From Acidobacteriota bacterium (lineage in GTDB: Bacteria > Acidobacteriota > UBA890 > WLXD01): a DNA stretch of 64,000 bases. The stretch is taken from positions 4,608,001 to 4,672,000 of the forward strand of contig CBDFKD010000002.1 in the NCBI GenBank assembly GCA_965248695.1. The letters run 5' to 3'. Below are positions 39,859 through 52,627 of this stretch, piece by piece. Made by a program: the position numbers and the translations under genes. The notes beneath the pieces were generated by a model, which made no database searches, was not told where the DNA came from, and worked only from the letters and a program-made list of their open reading frames with translations. Numbering within the stretch: position 1 is the first letter of the stretch; each line of letters starts with the position of its first letter.

Positions 39859-40173
39859 CTAGTCTTTGGAGCTGTCCAGTAGCGACTTCAACGCCACGAG
39901 AAGCGCCGCCGGTGCCACGAAGGCCGCCATGTTGCTGGTGATGGTGGCGATCCTTCCGCCAACCTCCGGAATGACGGCCACCGAAGTGGCGGTCATCATC
40001 AGGGCGATGGCTGCGATCAGGAAGCCCTGCGATTCGGAGCCACTGATGTTGAGGAATCCGACCACCAGGCCGAGCACCGCGAGGATCAGCGCCCCGCTGG
40101 GTACGCTGACGAACGCCATGACGATCGCTAGCACGACGCCGCCAAGGAATGCATATTTGCCGATATCCGACAT
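39859..40173 (-). CDS. Small 4-TM membrane protein of unknown function
   Basis: AAGGAG RBS; hydrophobic 104 aa with LGLVVGFLNI and FVAPAALLVALK. Confidence 0.75.
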   Translation of the reverse strand: MSDIGKYAFLGGVVLAIVMAFVSVPSGALILAVLGLVVGFLNISGSESQGFLIAAIALMMTATSVAVIPEVGGRIATITSNMAAFVAPAALLVALKSLLDSSKD

Positions 40174-40394
40174 AGGGGACTCCTTGCTGAGCAGGAATGT
40201 GGGCACTCGCGACGTTATCGACAGCGGTGCTCTCCGGCAACCGGAGACGGGGGTCGGACGGCGCCGTGCCGCCCAGGGATCGCGTCGCCGAGGACGAACC
40301 TCGACCGGCACGGTCGACGACGGCGCCCCGACGCCCAGAGTGTCATAGAGTTAGCGCGGTTCGCACCACGGCAGTGCCAACGGTGGGGGAAGAG

Positions 40395-41954
40395 GTGATC
40401 GACGACGCGCTGCAACGACTTGGAATCAGCAGCGAGAATCCGGGTGGTTTCGGCCGCGAATGGGTCGGTTCCGGCGCTCTACTCGATGTCACCACGCCAA
40501 TCGACGGCAGCAAGCTAGCGAGCGTGCGTCAGGTCACCGAACAGGAATACGACGCGGTCGCCGCTCGAGCCCACGAGGCCTTCATGAGCTGGCGAGCCGT
40601 ACCGGCCCCGCGTCGCGGTGAGATCGTGCGCCAGATCGGCGACCGACTGCGCCAGGCGAAGCCGGATCTGGGGCGGCTGGTGACCCTCGAAATGGGCAAG
40701 ATCCAGGGTGAGGGCGAGGGCGAGGTACAGGAGATGATCGACATCTGCGACTTCGCCACCGGGCTTTCCCGTCAGCTCTACGGCCTCAGCATGCACTCCG
40801 AGCGGCCGGACCACCGGATGTACGAGCAGTGGCATCCGCTCGGGGTGGTGGGTGTTATTACCGCGTTCAATTTTCCGGTGGCGGTCTGGAGCTGGAATGC
40901 CACGATCTCGGCGGTTTGTGGCAACGCCACGGTGTGGAAGCCGGCCAGCAAGACGCCGCTGACCGCCATCGCGTGCACCAGGATCGCGGCGGACGTCTGC
41001 CGGCGCAACGAAGTCGATGCGGCGATCTTCTCTCTCGTTGTCGGACCGGGGAGCACAGTGGGTGAGCGAATGTTGGCGGATCGCACCATCCCGCTGGTTT
41101 CCGCCACTGGCAGTTGCACGATGGGTTACCGGGTGGCGGAGACGGTGGGCAAGCGTCTCGGGCGAACGATCCTGGAGCTTGGCGGCAACAATGCCATCAT
41201 CGTCACGCCCAGCGCCAACATGGAGCTGGCTCTGCCGGCGATCCTGTTCGGTGCCGTGGGAACGGCGGGCCAGCGGTGTACCTCGACCAGGCGCATCATC
41301 GTGCACGCCAGCAGACGTGAGGAGCTCGTACGGCGGCTTCGCAGCGCATACGGCGGCGTCACCATCGGCGATCCGCGTAACAGCTCCACCTTGATGGGAC
41401 CGCTGGTGACCGTCGAGGCGGTCGAGACGATGATGCAAGCGCTGCAACGGGTGCGCGACGAGGGTGGCGAGATCCTGTCGGGCGGCGAGTGTCTGACAGG
41501 CGACGAGTATCCGGGTGGGCACTACGTCACGCCGTGTCTGGCGTCGGTCGAGAACTCATCACCGATTGTCCAGGAGGAGACCTTCGCACCGATTCTGTAC
41601 ATCATCTCGTACGGATCGGCGCAGGCGACGGCGGCCGAAGCGGTTTCGGAGATCGGTGACGCCGTCCGCTTGCACAACGATGTGCCGCAGGGTCTCTCGT
41701 CGGCGATCTTCAGCGACCACGTTCGCGAGGTCGAGGAGTTCCTGTCACAGCGTGGAAGCGATTGTGGGATTGCCAACGTCAACATCGGCACCAGCGGCGC
41801 CGAGATCGGCGGCGCCTTCGGGGGTGAAAAGGAGACCGGAGGTGGGCGCGAGTCGGGATCCGATGCCTGGAAGGCGTACATGCGGCGCCAGACGAACACC
41901 ATCAACTGGAGCGTTGAGCTGCCGCTGGCCCAGGGGCTCGAGTTTGGCGACTGA
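40395..41954 (+). CDS. Aldehyde dehydrogenase family 7 (piperideine-6-carboxylate/aminoadipate-semialdehyde DH-like)
   Basis: TAFNFPVAVW, LELGGNNA, GTAGQRCT, EETFAP, GAEIGGAFGGEKETGGGRESGSD. Confidence 0.93.
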   Translation: MIDDALQRLGISSENPGGFGREWVGSGALLDVTTPIDGSKLASVRQVTEQEYDAVAARAHEAFMSWRAVPAPRRGEIVRQIGDRLRQAKPDLGRLVTLEMGKIQGEGEGEVQEMIDICDFATGLSRQLYGLSMHSERPDHRMYEQWHPLGVVGVITAFNFPVAVWSWNATISAVCGNATVWKPASKTPLTAIACTRIAADVCRRNEVDAAIFSLVVGPGSTVGERMLADRTIPLVSATGSCTMGYRVAETVGKRLGRTILELGGNNAIIVTPSANMELALPAILFGAVGTAGQRCTSTRRIIVHASRREELVRRLRSAYGGVTIGDPRNSSTLMGPLVTVEAVETMMQALQRVRDEGGEILSGGECLTGDEYPGGHYVTPCLASVENSSPIVQEETFAPILYIISYGSAQATAAEAVSEIGDAVRLHNDVPQGLSSAIFSDHVREVEEFLSQRGSDCGIANVNIGTSGAEIGGAFGGEKETGGGRESGSDAWKAYMRRQTNTINWSVELPLAQGLEFGD

Positions 41955-41996
41955 GACCGCGGCGACTGAGGCAGGCGCGGGAACGGGCCGGGGAAG

Positions 41997-43376
41997 ATGT
42001 TCATGAAGCCGATAGCCATCGGCACCTCGCGCCCTGTGGCACGGGCGCTGCAGACTGTGGCGCTGGCGCTGATGTTCGCGGTCGTTCCGGGTGTAGCCGG
42101 GGCCCAGGACACTCACTACTGGAACGTTCAATACGGCAACCGTGCCCGTCTCCTTGGCGGATCGTCGGTGGGCAGCGCCAGCGACTTGAGCGCCGTTTAT
42201 TACAACCCGGGCAGGCTGGCGCTGGTGGATCGCCCCGAGCTGCTGCTGTCGGGAACCGTGTTCGAGCTGACGACGGTCCGTTCCAAGCAGACGGATGGCT
42301 CGCGCGAACTGTCGTCGTCTCGCTTCGCGCTCAGCCCGTCGCTATTCGCCGGCGAGCTGCGCTTCGGATTCCTCGGCCGGAGCCGACTGGCCTATTCCTT
42401 CCTGACGCGTCAGCAGGCGAGCTTCGACATACAAGGCGTGCTGACGGGCAGCGCTTCGACCAGCTTCGGTTTTCCCCCGGGCGGAACGATATCGGACTCG
42501 GTCCGTCAGGAGCATCGACTGAGCGAGTATTGGGGCGGGCTGACATGGGCCAGCACCATTGGCAAGCGGGTGGGTATCGGCGTCAGCACGTTCGTCGCCA
42601 GCCGCAATCATCGTGGCTTTGCCCAACGAAGCTTCGCAGCGACGTATGACGACGACCAGCCGGGGCTTGTCCTACAGACCAGCGACTACAAGTATGGACA
42701 CTGGCGCCTCGTGTGGAAGCTCGGAGTGGGTACGCGGCTCGAAGGCTGGGATCTCGGCGCAACGGTTACCCTGCCGGGGGTGCCGATCGGGGGCAGCGGG
42801 CGGCTCGCGGTGGACGATGTCCGGATCGGCAATACCGGGGTGCCGGCGAGCGTCGTCAGCATCGGCCAGGAGGATCTCGGAGCGCGGTTCAAATCGCCAC
42901 TTTCCTTGGCTGCCGGGGGCTCGCGGTCGTTCGGTGATTCTCGTTTACACCTGACGCTGGAGTGGTTCGCGCCGCAGGATCTGTACACCGTCTTGGCGGC
43001 ACAACCGGCCACCTCCTCGAGCGGCGACGTCATCCTGGATCCATCGATCCGGCAGCAGGCCGCCGCCGTCGTTAACGGAGCGATCGGATTCGAGCGACGC
43101 TTCGGCTCTGAGGTGACCGGCTACGCCAGCCTCAGCAGCGATCGCAGCTCAGCGGTCGAGGGAAGCGCCTCGAATCTCGAGTTCACCCGATGGAACATCG
43201 TGCACGCTGCCGCGGGGGCGACGTTCGCCAGCGGCAACACCGATTTTACCGTCGGTCTGATCGGCGCCTTCGGTACGTCGCGGGCGACGCCCCAGTCGAC
43301 CGCGGCGGATTTCGACAGCCGCTACCGCCGGATTACGCTCATCCTGGGCTTCTCGTTCCCGTTCGGTTCGCTGTAG
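41997..43376 (+). CDS. FadL/OmpP1-like outer-membrane beta-barrel protein
   Basis: Signal peptide; ARLLGG...DLSAVYYNPGRL motif; alternating beta strands ending GFSFPF. Confidence 0.75.
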   Translation: MFMKPIAIGTSRPVARALQTVALALMFAVVPGVAGAQDTHYWNVQYGNRARLLGGSSVGSASDLSAVYYNPGRLALVDRPELLLSGTVFELTTVRSKQTDGSRELSSSRFALSPSLFAGELRFGFLGRSRLAYSFLTRQQASFDIQGVLTGSASTSFGFPPGGTISDSVRQEHRLSEYWGGLTWASTIGKRVGIGVSTFVASRNHRGFAQRSFAATYDDDQPGLVLQTSDYKYGHWRLVWKLGVGTRLEGWDLGATVTLPGVPIGGSGRLAVDDVRIGNTGVPASVVSIGQEDLGARFKSPLSLAAGGSRSFGDSRLHLTLEWFAPQDLYTVLAAQPATSSSGDVILDPSIRQQAAAVVNGAIGFERRFGSEVTGYASLSSDRSSAVEGSASNLEFTRWNIVHAAAGATFASGNTDFTVGLIGAFGTSRATPQSTAADFDSRYRRITLILGFSFPFGSL

Positions 43377-43390
43377 CCGGCAGAGCGGTT

Positions 43391-45340
<1,950 letters not shown>

Positions 45341-45450
45341 GAGCGCTCTCCGCCGTCGGTTCCGACTGCAGGGTTGCCGATCACAGCCAGCAACGGGCAT
45401 CCGTGCCATCGGCGCCCCAAACAGCCTCGCCGAATTCTCATCACAGCCTG

Positions 45451-46578
45451 CTAGAGAATCTCCGGGATGTATTTCTCTCTCGCCAGTCGCCAGAGCGAGG
45501 CGAGGAACGCGGTCAACGGAATCGCCAGGATCATGCCCAGGATGCCCCCGAGAGCCGTGCCCCAGAAGAAGATCGCCACGATGATGGCCATGAAATGGAG
45601 CCCGGTGCGGTCTCCCATGATCTTGGGCGTCAGCACCCACCCCTCGATCTGCTGCACGATGGCGAAGACCACCAGCACGAGGGCCAACGTGGCCGTCCCG
45701 CCGTTCAACTGGAAGAGTGCCAACGGCAGGGCGATGGCGAGTCCGAGAATGCTCCCGAAGTACGGGATGACGTTCAGCAGGCCTAGCAGCAGACCGATGA
45801 CGAAGCCGTAGCGCAACCCGGCGATGCTGAACCCAGTGGCGTACATCAGCCCCTGCAGGAGAGCGATGATCAGCTGGCCGCGAAAGAACGCCACGCTGAT
45901 GTCGATGAACTCCTGTCCCAGGTACATGGCGTCGCGCCGGGTCTCCGGCTTCAGGAACGGCAGCAGGCGGTCGGCGTCGACATGCACCCCACGGGCGGTG
46001 AGAAAATAGGCGAAGTAGACGGGCACCACGGCCCATCCCAGCAGCACACCGATCCCTCGAGCGATCCCGGCGCCGGCGGTGAGCGCCTGAAAGCCGACGC
46101 TCTGGAGGCCCTGCAGGATCGTCGCCCACTGCGACTCCGCCGCCACCCGGAGACGCTCGGCGGCGCCGCTGCGCTCGAGCATCTCGGATGCCTCGGGAAC
46201 GCGCTCCATGACCCACAGCTGAACCGATTCCCACCACTCGGGCAGGTTGGCGGTGAGGCCTACTAGCTGACCCACCAGGATGGCACCGAAGAACAGCACG
46301 AAAGCGGTCAGCGGGACGAGCACCGACAGGAAGACGACGAGGACGGCGGCTGCCACCGGCAGGCGCAGGCGCTCGCGCAGCCATTCGTAGTATGGCCGGC
46401 AGACCAGCGCCGCCACCGCGCCGACGGCCAGCGGCAGGAACACGCCCGAAAAGGCGCGCAGGAACAGCGCCGCCAGCCATCCGAGGAGCCCGAGTGCCAG
46501 CAGGATAACCAGCGCCGAGACGGTTGTGATCGCCGCCGCGATGGTCCGCGCTTGCCGTTCGCTGAAGTCAACACCCAT
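45451..46578 (-). CDS. AI-2E family transporter
   Basis: [38 protein letters not shown]. Confidence 0.93.
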   Translation of the reverse strand: MGVDFSERQARTIAAAITTVSALVILLALGLLGWLAALFLRAFSGVFLPLAVGAVAALVCRPYYEWLRERLRLPVAAAVLVVFLSVLVPLTAFVLFFGAILVGQLVGLTANLPEWWESVQLWVMERVPEASEMLERSGAAERLRVAAESQWATILQGLQSVGFQALTAGAGIARGIGVLLGWAVVPVYFAYFLTARGVHVDADRLLPFLKPETRRDAMYLGQEFIDISVAFFRGQLIIALLQGLMYATGFSIAGLRYGFVIGLLLGLLNVIPYFGSILGLAIALPLALFQLNGGTATLALVLVVFAIVQQIEGWVLTPKIMGDRTGLHFMAIIVAIFFWGTALGGILGMILAIPLTAFLASLWRLAREKYIPEIL

Positions 46579-46727
46579 GGTGTGCAGATGCTATACGAGG
46601 TTCATCGCGACAGCGGCGTTTCACCGTCCAAGGTGGACGGCGAAAGGCTCGACGGGGCAGGTCATTGTCGAGCGCGAAGAATAGAATGTCGGAGACCGTC
46701 CGAGATCTTCGAACCGAGGCTGACCGA

Positions 46728-48080
46728 ATGAGACGTCTAACGTTGAGCGCCATCGTGGCGGTGGTGACATGCCTGGCGCTCGTCCCAGCGGCCGTTCCCG
46801 TCGTTGAGGCCCAGGGCACCCCTCAGTGGACGCCCGACAAGCCCGGCAGCGGCAACATCGAGGTGCTGTCGCACCTGCCTCTCGGACCGCGATTGAACGT
46901 CTCTGATATCGAGCTCGAGCAGGAGTTGTCGCGCCCCTACGCCTATGTCGGGCGGATGGTCTACGGCTTCGAGGGCGAAAAGGGGATGGACATCATCGAT
47001 GTGTCGGATCCGCGGAAGCCGAGCGTGTTGTACCGCTGGCGCATCGAGGACCAGGACCTCCACTTGCCGCTCGGCGGTATGGACGTGAAGTACTTCAAGT
47101 GGGCCGATCGCTACTACGTCGTGCAGTCGCTACAGTTTGGCCAGGGTGGCCCGGACGCTGATCTCGGCGCCGTTGTCCTCGACGTGACCGACCTGCCCGA
47201 CGCCTCGACGGTGAAGGAAGTGGCGCGCATCCGTGCTCCGGATCACCCCGGTGGGTTCCACAACATCTTCATGTACAAGCATTCCAATGGACGGCCCTTG
47301 TTGTTCAGCACCGTCTCCGGGCCCTATTCGCACGTCTACGACATGGCCCACGTGGTCGAGGGCCACATGGACGAGGCGCTGGTAGCGAAGGTCCCGGTGG
47401 GTGGGCCGGGCGAATCGCAGCGTCGCGGCTATCACGACATGTATGCCGGCTTCCATGAGGATACGCAAAGCGATCGCTTCTACGGCGGCGGCACGGGCGG
47501 CTACTACATCTATGACATTACGGACCTCGAGAACCCGCAGCTGGTGGTGTCGCTTACCGGCGTCAACGGTGTGCGCTTCGGGCACACGTTCACGCCGACC
47601 TCCGATGGGCGGTACGTGATCGCAGAGACGGAGTATCAGTACGCGCCACTGCGTATCTTCGATCTGAAGCCGGCGCTCGACGGCGAGGTGCAGAACATCC
47701 GCACGCCGATCAGCGCCTGGACGGCCGACTGGCGCCACCTGGTGCACAACCACGAGGTGCGCTACCCGTACGTGTTTGTCTCTGGCTACTTGGACGGGCT
47801 GCAGATATTCAGCCTCATGGATCCGGCCAACCCAGTGACCGTTGCCTATTACGACACCTATCTGGGGCCCCCGAACCCGGATCGGTCGGCGATGTTCAAT
47901 GGGTTGTTCGGGGTCGATGTGCGCAACGCCGACGGCCTCATCGTCGGATCGGACATGAGCACCGGCTTCTGGGCGTTCCGCATGGAGGGCTTCGGTGGCT
48001 GGAACGGCGCCGATTGGGGCATGCCCGACATCTCGAGCGCACAGAAATGGGACGAGACGGTCGGAGGGCAGCAGCAATGA
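46728..48080 (+). CDS. Secreted LVIVD-repeat beta-propeller protein
   Basis: Signal peptide; repeats IIDVSDP, VLDVTDLP, IYDITDLENP, IFSLMDPANP; His at blade starts (GFHN, GYHD, FGHT, LVHN). Confidence 0.8.
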   Translation: MRRLTLSAIVAVVTCLALVPAAVPVVEAQGTPQWTPDKPGSGNIEVLSHLPLGPRLNVSDIELEQELSRPYAYVGRMVYGFEGEKGMDIIDVSDPRKPSVLYRWRIEDQDLHLPLGGMDVKYFKWADRYYVVQSLQFGQGGPDADLGAVVLDVTDLPDASTVKEVARIRAPDHPGGFHNIFMYKHSNGRPLLFSTVSGPYSHVYDMAHVVEGHMDEALVAKVPVGGPGESQRRGYHDMYAGFHEDTQSDRFYGGGTGGYYIYDITDLENPQLVVSLTGVNGVRFGHTFTPTSDGRYVIAETEYQYAPLRIFDLKPALDGEVQNIRTPISAWTADWRHLVHNHEVRYPYVFVSGYLDGLQIFSLMDPANPVTVAYYDTYLGPPNPDRSAMFNGLFGVDVRNADGLIVGSDMSTGFWAFRMEGFGGWNGADWGMPDISSAQKWDETVGGQQQ

Positions 48081-48706
48081 CAGCTCGCCGCCCGCGGGGT
48101 GCGATGTCGCGCCGTCTCCTCGTCCCGGCGCTGCCGGCGGTCGCGCTGGTGGCGACGCTCGCCGCGATGATGCCGCTGCCGGGCGCTACAGACGGAATAG
48201 CGTCGGCGAGTCCGCTCGCGGTGCCTGGAACCTGCAGTGCGGGCTGGATGGCCTCGGCGACCGAGCCACCGGCCTACTACGCCATCGAGCTCGTGCCGAC
48301 GCGGCGCGTCCCCGGCGCTCGCGATGCGACCGGCGTCGGCAACGTCAGCTTTGCCCGATCTCCCTTCGGGATCGCCGTCGCGCCGACCGGCGAGTATGTC
48401 TATGACGTTGCACTGCAATTGCAACGCCTCAGCTCGACACCGCGTGGCGTGTACACCGCCTGGATCACCACCGCGGCCCTGGACCAGATCAAGCGACTGG
48501 GACCACTGGATGTCTCGGGCGCCATTCGCGGCCAGACCACCTGGAACAAGTTTCTGGTGGTGGTGACGCTGGAGCCGGATGACGAGCCGCGGCCACGCTG
48601 GAGCGGTCCGATCGTGACGCGAGGGATGTCGAGGTCCGGACGAATGCACACCATGGCGGGCCACGGGCCGTTTCAGCTCGAGCCATGCACCACGTACGGC
48701 TACTGA
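48077..48706 (+). CDS. Secreted hypothetical protein with C-terminal MHTMAGH motif
   Basis: ATGA overlap with the upstream gene; RR-containing signal; GMSRSGRMHTMAGHGPF. Confidence 0.7.
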   Translation: MTARRPRGAMSRRLLVPALPAVALVATLAAMMPLPGATDGIASASPLAVPGTCSAGWMASATEPPAYYAIELVPTRRVPGARDATGVGNVSFARSPFGIAVAPTGEYVYDVALQLQRLSSTPRGVYTAWITTAALDQIKRLGPLDVSGAIRGQTTWNKFLVVVTLEPDDEPRPRWSGPIVTRGMSRSGRMHTMAGHGPFQLEPCTTYGY

Positions 48707-50442
48707 GCCCCCACCGCCGCGCCGTCTGGGCGCCCGTCGCCCTGCTGATGGCCGCCGGCGCGGCGCCGGCAGCTTCCCAGCAAGCGAGACCGGAACCCCA
48801 GCCAGAGCTCCCGGCCGCCTCCCATCAGCAGCACATGAGTCATGACATGCCGATGGGAGATGCCGCCGGCTGGCGGATGCCGCCGATGGACCCCGACATG
48901 CCGATGCTGCCCGGCCTGGAAGGGGTGCTGCCGACCACGGCGCCGTTCATGCCGACGTCCGGCAGCGACGCGGCTGATTTTCCGGCTGCCCGTCCGCGGG
49001 AGGTAATGGAGCTGGCCGACGGCGACGAGATCGAGCTCACCGCGTCGATCGTGCGACGTGAGATCCGTGGGCGCGAGTACCTGATGTTCGGCTACAACGG
49101 CCAGTACCCAGGGCCGTTGCTGAAGGCACCCACCGGCGCCACCGTCACCGTGTTGTTTCGTAACGAGATTCCGATGCCGACGACGGTTCACTGGCACGGG
49201 CTGCGGCTCGACAATCGCTTCGACGGCGTCGCCGGGGTGACTCAGCCGCCAGTGCGGACGAGCGAGACGTTTCGCTACGAGGTGCGCTTCGCTGACACCG
49301 GCGTTTTCTGGTATCACCCGCATCTGCGCGAGGACATCCAGCAAGACCTCGGCCTGTACGGCAACCTGCTGGCCGTTCCCGCCGATCCCGATTACTACGG
49401 TCCCGCACACCGCGAGGAGTTTCTGATCCTCGACGACATCCTCATGGACGACCGCGGAATCGTTCCGTGGGGCGAGGACGTACCGACGCACAGCCTGATG
49501 GGGCGCTTCGGCAACGTCATGCTCACCAACGGAACCACCGACTACAGCCTGCAGGTGGCGCGCGGCGAGGTGGTGCGGTTCTTCGTCACCAACGTTGCAA
49601 ACTCGCGCACCTTCAACGTCACGTTCGGCGGCGCCCCGATTAAGGTCGTGGCGTCCGACGTCGGCAAGTTCGAGCACGAGGAATGGGTGACGAGCGTTCC
49701 GATAGCGCCGGCGGAGCGCTACGTGGTCGAGGTCCGTTTCGACGATCCCGGTGACGTGCCCATCGAGAACACCGTGCAAGCGATCAACCATTTCCGTGGT
49801 GAGTTCTATCCGCACGTCGACCATCTCGGGATGGTGAACGTCGGCGATGCGGCAGCCGAGCCCGATCTGAGCGCCGCCTTTGCCATCTTGCGAGAGAACC
49901 GCGACGTGCAGGCCGACATCGAGTCGTTCCGTCCACACTTCGCGCGTCCGCCGGACCACGAGCTGGAGTTGAGCCTCGAGGTCGGCGAGCTGCCGCTGCC
50001 GATCATTCTCTCCATGGAGTTCGAAAAGGGGCTTTATTCGCCCCCCATGGAGTGGAACGACACGATGCCGATGATGAACTGGCTGGCGACCGGGAACGAG
50101 ATCCGGTGGATCTTGCGCGACCGGGCCACCGGCCTGGAGAACATGGACATCCAGTGGGACTTCCGCGTCGGCGACGCCATCAAGATCCGGGTGTTCAACG
50201 ATCCCGAGACCCTGCATCCGATGAACCATCCGATCCACATCCACGGTCAGCGCTACCTGGTGCTCGAGATCGACGGCATTCCCAACCCGAACATGGTCTG
50301 GAAGGACACCTCGATCGTCCCCGTTGCCTCGACCGTGGATTTGCTCGTCGACATCACCAATCCTGGCGATTGGATGCTGCACTGTCACATCGCCGAGCAC
50401 CTCCATGCCGGCATGATGTTCGCCTTCCGCGTCGACGACTGA
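48685..50442 (+). CDS. Multicopper oxidase (CueO/CopA-like) with Met/His-rich N-terminus
   Basis: HWHG, WYHPH, HPIHIHG, HCHIAEHLHAGMM copper motifs. Confidence 0.95.
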   Translation: MHHVRLLSPHRRAVWAPVALLMAAGAAPAASQQARPEPQPELPAASHQQHMSHDMPMGDAAGWRMPPMDPDMPMLPGLEGVLPTTAPFMPTSGSDAADFPAARPREVMELADGDEIELTASIVRREIRGREYLMFGYNGQYPGPLLKAPTGATVTVLFRNEIPMPTTVHWHGLRLDNRFDGVAGVTQPPVRTSETFRYEVRFADTGVFWYHPHLREDIQQDLGLYGNLLAVPADPDYYGPAHREEFLILDDILMDDRGIVPWGEDVPTHSLMGRFGNVMLTNGTTDYSLQVARGEVVRFFVTNVANSRTFNVTFGGAPIKVVASDVGKFEHEEWVTSVPIAPAERYVVEVRFDDPGDVPIENTVQAINHFRGEFYPHVDHLGMVNVGDAAAEPDLSAAFAILRENRDVQADIESFRPHFARPPDHELELSLEVGELPLPIILSMEFEKGLYSPPMEWNDTMPMMNWLATGNEIRWILRDRATGLENMDIQWDFRVGDAIKIRVFNDPETLHPMNHPIHIHGQRYLVLEIDGIPNPNMVWKDTSIVPVASTVDLLVDITNPGDWMLHCHIAEHLHAGMMFAFRVDD

Positions 50443-50572
50443 TCTCTGCTGTAACGTGATTCGACGCCGGCAACCTCGACCGGGACCGACTGCGTGGATC
50501 GGCGCGAGCGCAGACGCGATACCCTGAGGACCTGTCCGTCTAACGTCCTTTCTTCGCAACCGGAGTATCGAT

Positions 50573-51604
50573 ATGGACAAGGGTGATTTCGGCAACGTGC
50601 GGGTGGGCGACTTCAAGCCGCCCAATATCAAGCTGCCAAGTGGCGTAACGACCTTGATTCCGGCCGTCATCATCGGAATCTGGCTGCTGTGGAGCGTCGT
50701 CTACACCGTCAGTCCCGAGGAAGTCGGGGTCGTGTTGACGTTTGGCGAGTTCACATCGATCACCGAACCGGGATTGCATTTCAAGATGCCGGCGCCGATT
50801 CAGACGGTGTTGGCCGTACCGGTACAGCGGCAGCTGAAAGAGGAGTTCGGATTCCGCACGGTCAACGCCGCAGTCAGATCGCAATTCGACACGGTCGGCG
50901 AGGAGTCGGCAATGCTCACCGGCGATCTGAACGTCGCCGTGGTGGAGTGGACGACGCAATACCGCGTAGCCGATCCGTTTCTCTACATGTTCCGGGTTCG
51001 CAACGTTACCGAGACCTTCCGTGACATGAACGAGGCCGTCATGCGGACGGTGGTAGGCGATCGCAGCGTCACCGAGGTGTTGACGATCGGGCGTCAAGAG
51101 ATTGCCTCGGAGGTAGAGCGTCGGTTGCAGGAAATGTGCGACCAGTACGAGACCGGCATTCGCATCGAGCAGATCGTCCTGCAGGACGTCAACCCGCCGG
51201 ATCCGGTGCGTCCGTCGTTCAACGAGGTCAACCAGGCGCAGCAGGAGCGCGAGCGGATGATCAACGACGCTCGGGCGCAATTCAATCGCGAGGTCCCCGC
51301 GGCGCGCGGCGAGGCGCTGCGCGCGGTGGAACAGGCACAGGGCTATGCGGTGGATCGAGTCAACCGTTCCGAGGGTGATGCCGCCCGCTTCCGGTCGGTG
51401 TACGAAGCGTACCGACGTGCCCCGGAGGTCACGCGGCGTCGCCTCTATCTGGAGACAATGCTCGAGCTATTGCCCTCCATCCGGCACAAGATCGTCGTTG
51501 ATCAGGACATCGAAGGCCTTCTGCCTATGCTCAACTTGCAGGGGGGCGAAACCATGTCGCCAGCGATCCCGGCAGCGGCCGCGATCCGGGAGCAAGGCCA
51601 ATGA
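50573..51604 (+). CDS. hflK: FtsH protease modulator HflK
   Basis: SPFH domain: MLTGDLNV, LQDVNPPDPV..FNEV, APEVTRRRLYLETM. Confidence 0.95.
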   Translation: MDKGDFGNVRVGDFKPPNIKLPSGVTTLIPAVIIGIWLLWSVVYTVSPEEVGVVLTFGEFTSITEPGLHFKMPAPIQTVLAVPVQRQLKEEFGFRTVNAAVRSQFDTVGEESAMLTGDLNVAVVEWTTQYRVADPFLYMFRVRNVTETFRDMNEAVMRTVVGDRSVTEVLTIGRQEIASEVERRLQEMCDQYETGIRIEQIVLQDVNPPDPVRPSFNEVNQAQQERERMINDARAQFNREVPAARGEALRAVEQAQGYAVDRVNRSEGDAARFRSVYEAYRRAPEVTRRRLYLETMLELLPSIRHKIVVDQDIEGLLPMLNLQGGETMSPAIPAAAAIREQGQ

Positions 51605-52539
51605 AGCGCGCCGGTATGATCGTCCTCGGAGTCGTTCTGGTCGCCGTCGTGCTGGCGCTCAGCGGCGCCGTTTACGTCGTTGACGAGACCCAGCAGGTGA
51701 TCATCACGCAGTTCGGCTCACCGGTCGGTGGGCCGGTGAACACGCCGGGCTTGCATTACAAGCTCCCCTTCATCCAGCGGGCGAACTTCTTCAACAAGCG
51801 CTTTCTGGAGTGGGACGGCGACAGCAATCAGCTGCCGACGCGCGACAAGCGATTCATCCACGTGGATACGTATGCCCGCTGGCACATCACCGACCCGTTG
51901 CTGTTCTTCCAGCGGTTGCGGGACGAGCGTGGCGCACAGTCGCGACTCGACGACATTCTCGACGGCGAGACGCGCAACACGATCGCCAATCACGACCTGA
52001 TCGAGGTGGTGCGCAGCAGCAACCGCGACATCGCGGTCGGCGATGAGCTCGGCGAGATCGCCGAGGGCGAGACGGTGCAGGACATCGAGGCCGGGCGGGA
52101 TGCGCTGGCATCCGAAGTGCTGGCGGCGGCGCAGACGCGTACCACAGATCTGGGGATCGAGATCCTCGATTTCCGCTTCAAGCGCATCAACTACGTCGAG
52201 GAGGTTCGACGCGAAGTCTACAACCGTATGATCTCGGAACGGCTGCGGATCGCCGAGCAGTTCCGCTCCGAGGGAGCCGGTGAGGCGGCGCGCATCAGCG
52301 GTGAGAAGGAACGTGAGCTGCGCACCATCAGCTCGGAGGCGTATCGGCAGGCTCAGGAGATCATGGGTACGGCCGACGCCAGCGCTGCCGATGTTTATGC
52401 CGCTGCCTATAACCGCGACGCCGATTTCTATCGCTTCGTCAAGACGCTGGAGGTCTATCGGGAGACACTCAGCCGGGATACGACCCTGCTGCTGGGTACC
52501 GACGGGGAGTTTCTGCGCTACCTCAAGAGCTCGAGGTAA
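51601..52539 (+). CDS. hflC: FtsH protease modulator HflC
   Basis: TQFG.P..PGLHYKLPFIQ, RMISER, FRSEG, FYRFVKTLE. Confidence 0.95.
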   Translation: MKRAGMIVLGVVLVAVVLALSGAVYVVDETQQVIITQFGSPVGGPVNTPGLHYKLPFIQRANFFNKRFLEWDGDSNQLPTRDKRFIHVDTYARWHITDPLLFFQRLRDERGAQSRLDDILDGETRNTIANHDLIEVVRSSNRDIAVGDELGEIAEGETVQDIEAGRDALASEVLAAAQTRTTDLGIEILDFRFKRINYVEEVRREVYNRMISERLRIAEQFRSEGAGEAARISGEKERELRTISSEAYRQAQEIMGTADASAADVYAAAYNRDADFYRFVKTLEVYRETLSRDTTLLLGTDGEFLRYLKSSR

Positions 52540-52544
52540 GACGC

Positions 52545-52583
52545 GCGAAGGCGGCCGCGTTTTCCGGCGCCGGCCGCCTTCGC
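52545..52583. terminator. GC-rich hairpin after hflC (possible terminator/stabiliser)
   Basis: GCGAAGGCGGCCG ... CGGCCGCCTTCGC 13-bp stem; no U-tract. Confidence 0.4.
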
Positions 52584-52627
52584 TCGTGTAGGATGAAGGA
52601 GGCCTGTGGAGACTCTGGAGGTACGCC

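Noticed and set aside
48700-50673. Long antisense ORFs (657 aa here; also 870-2384 and 2544-4148)
   Set aside because: Shadow ORFs opposite well-supported genes, expected in high-GC DNA.
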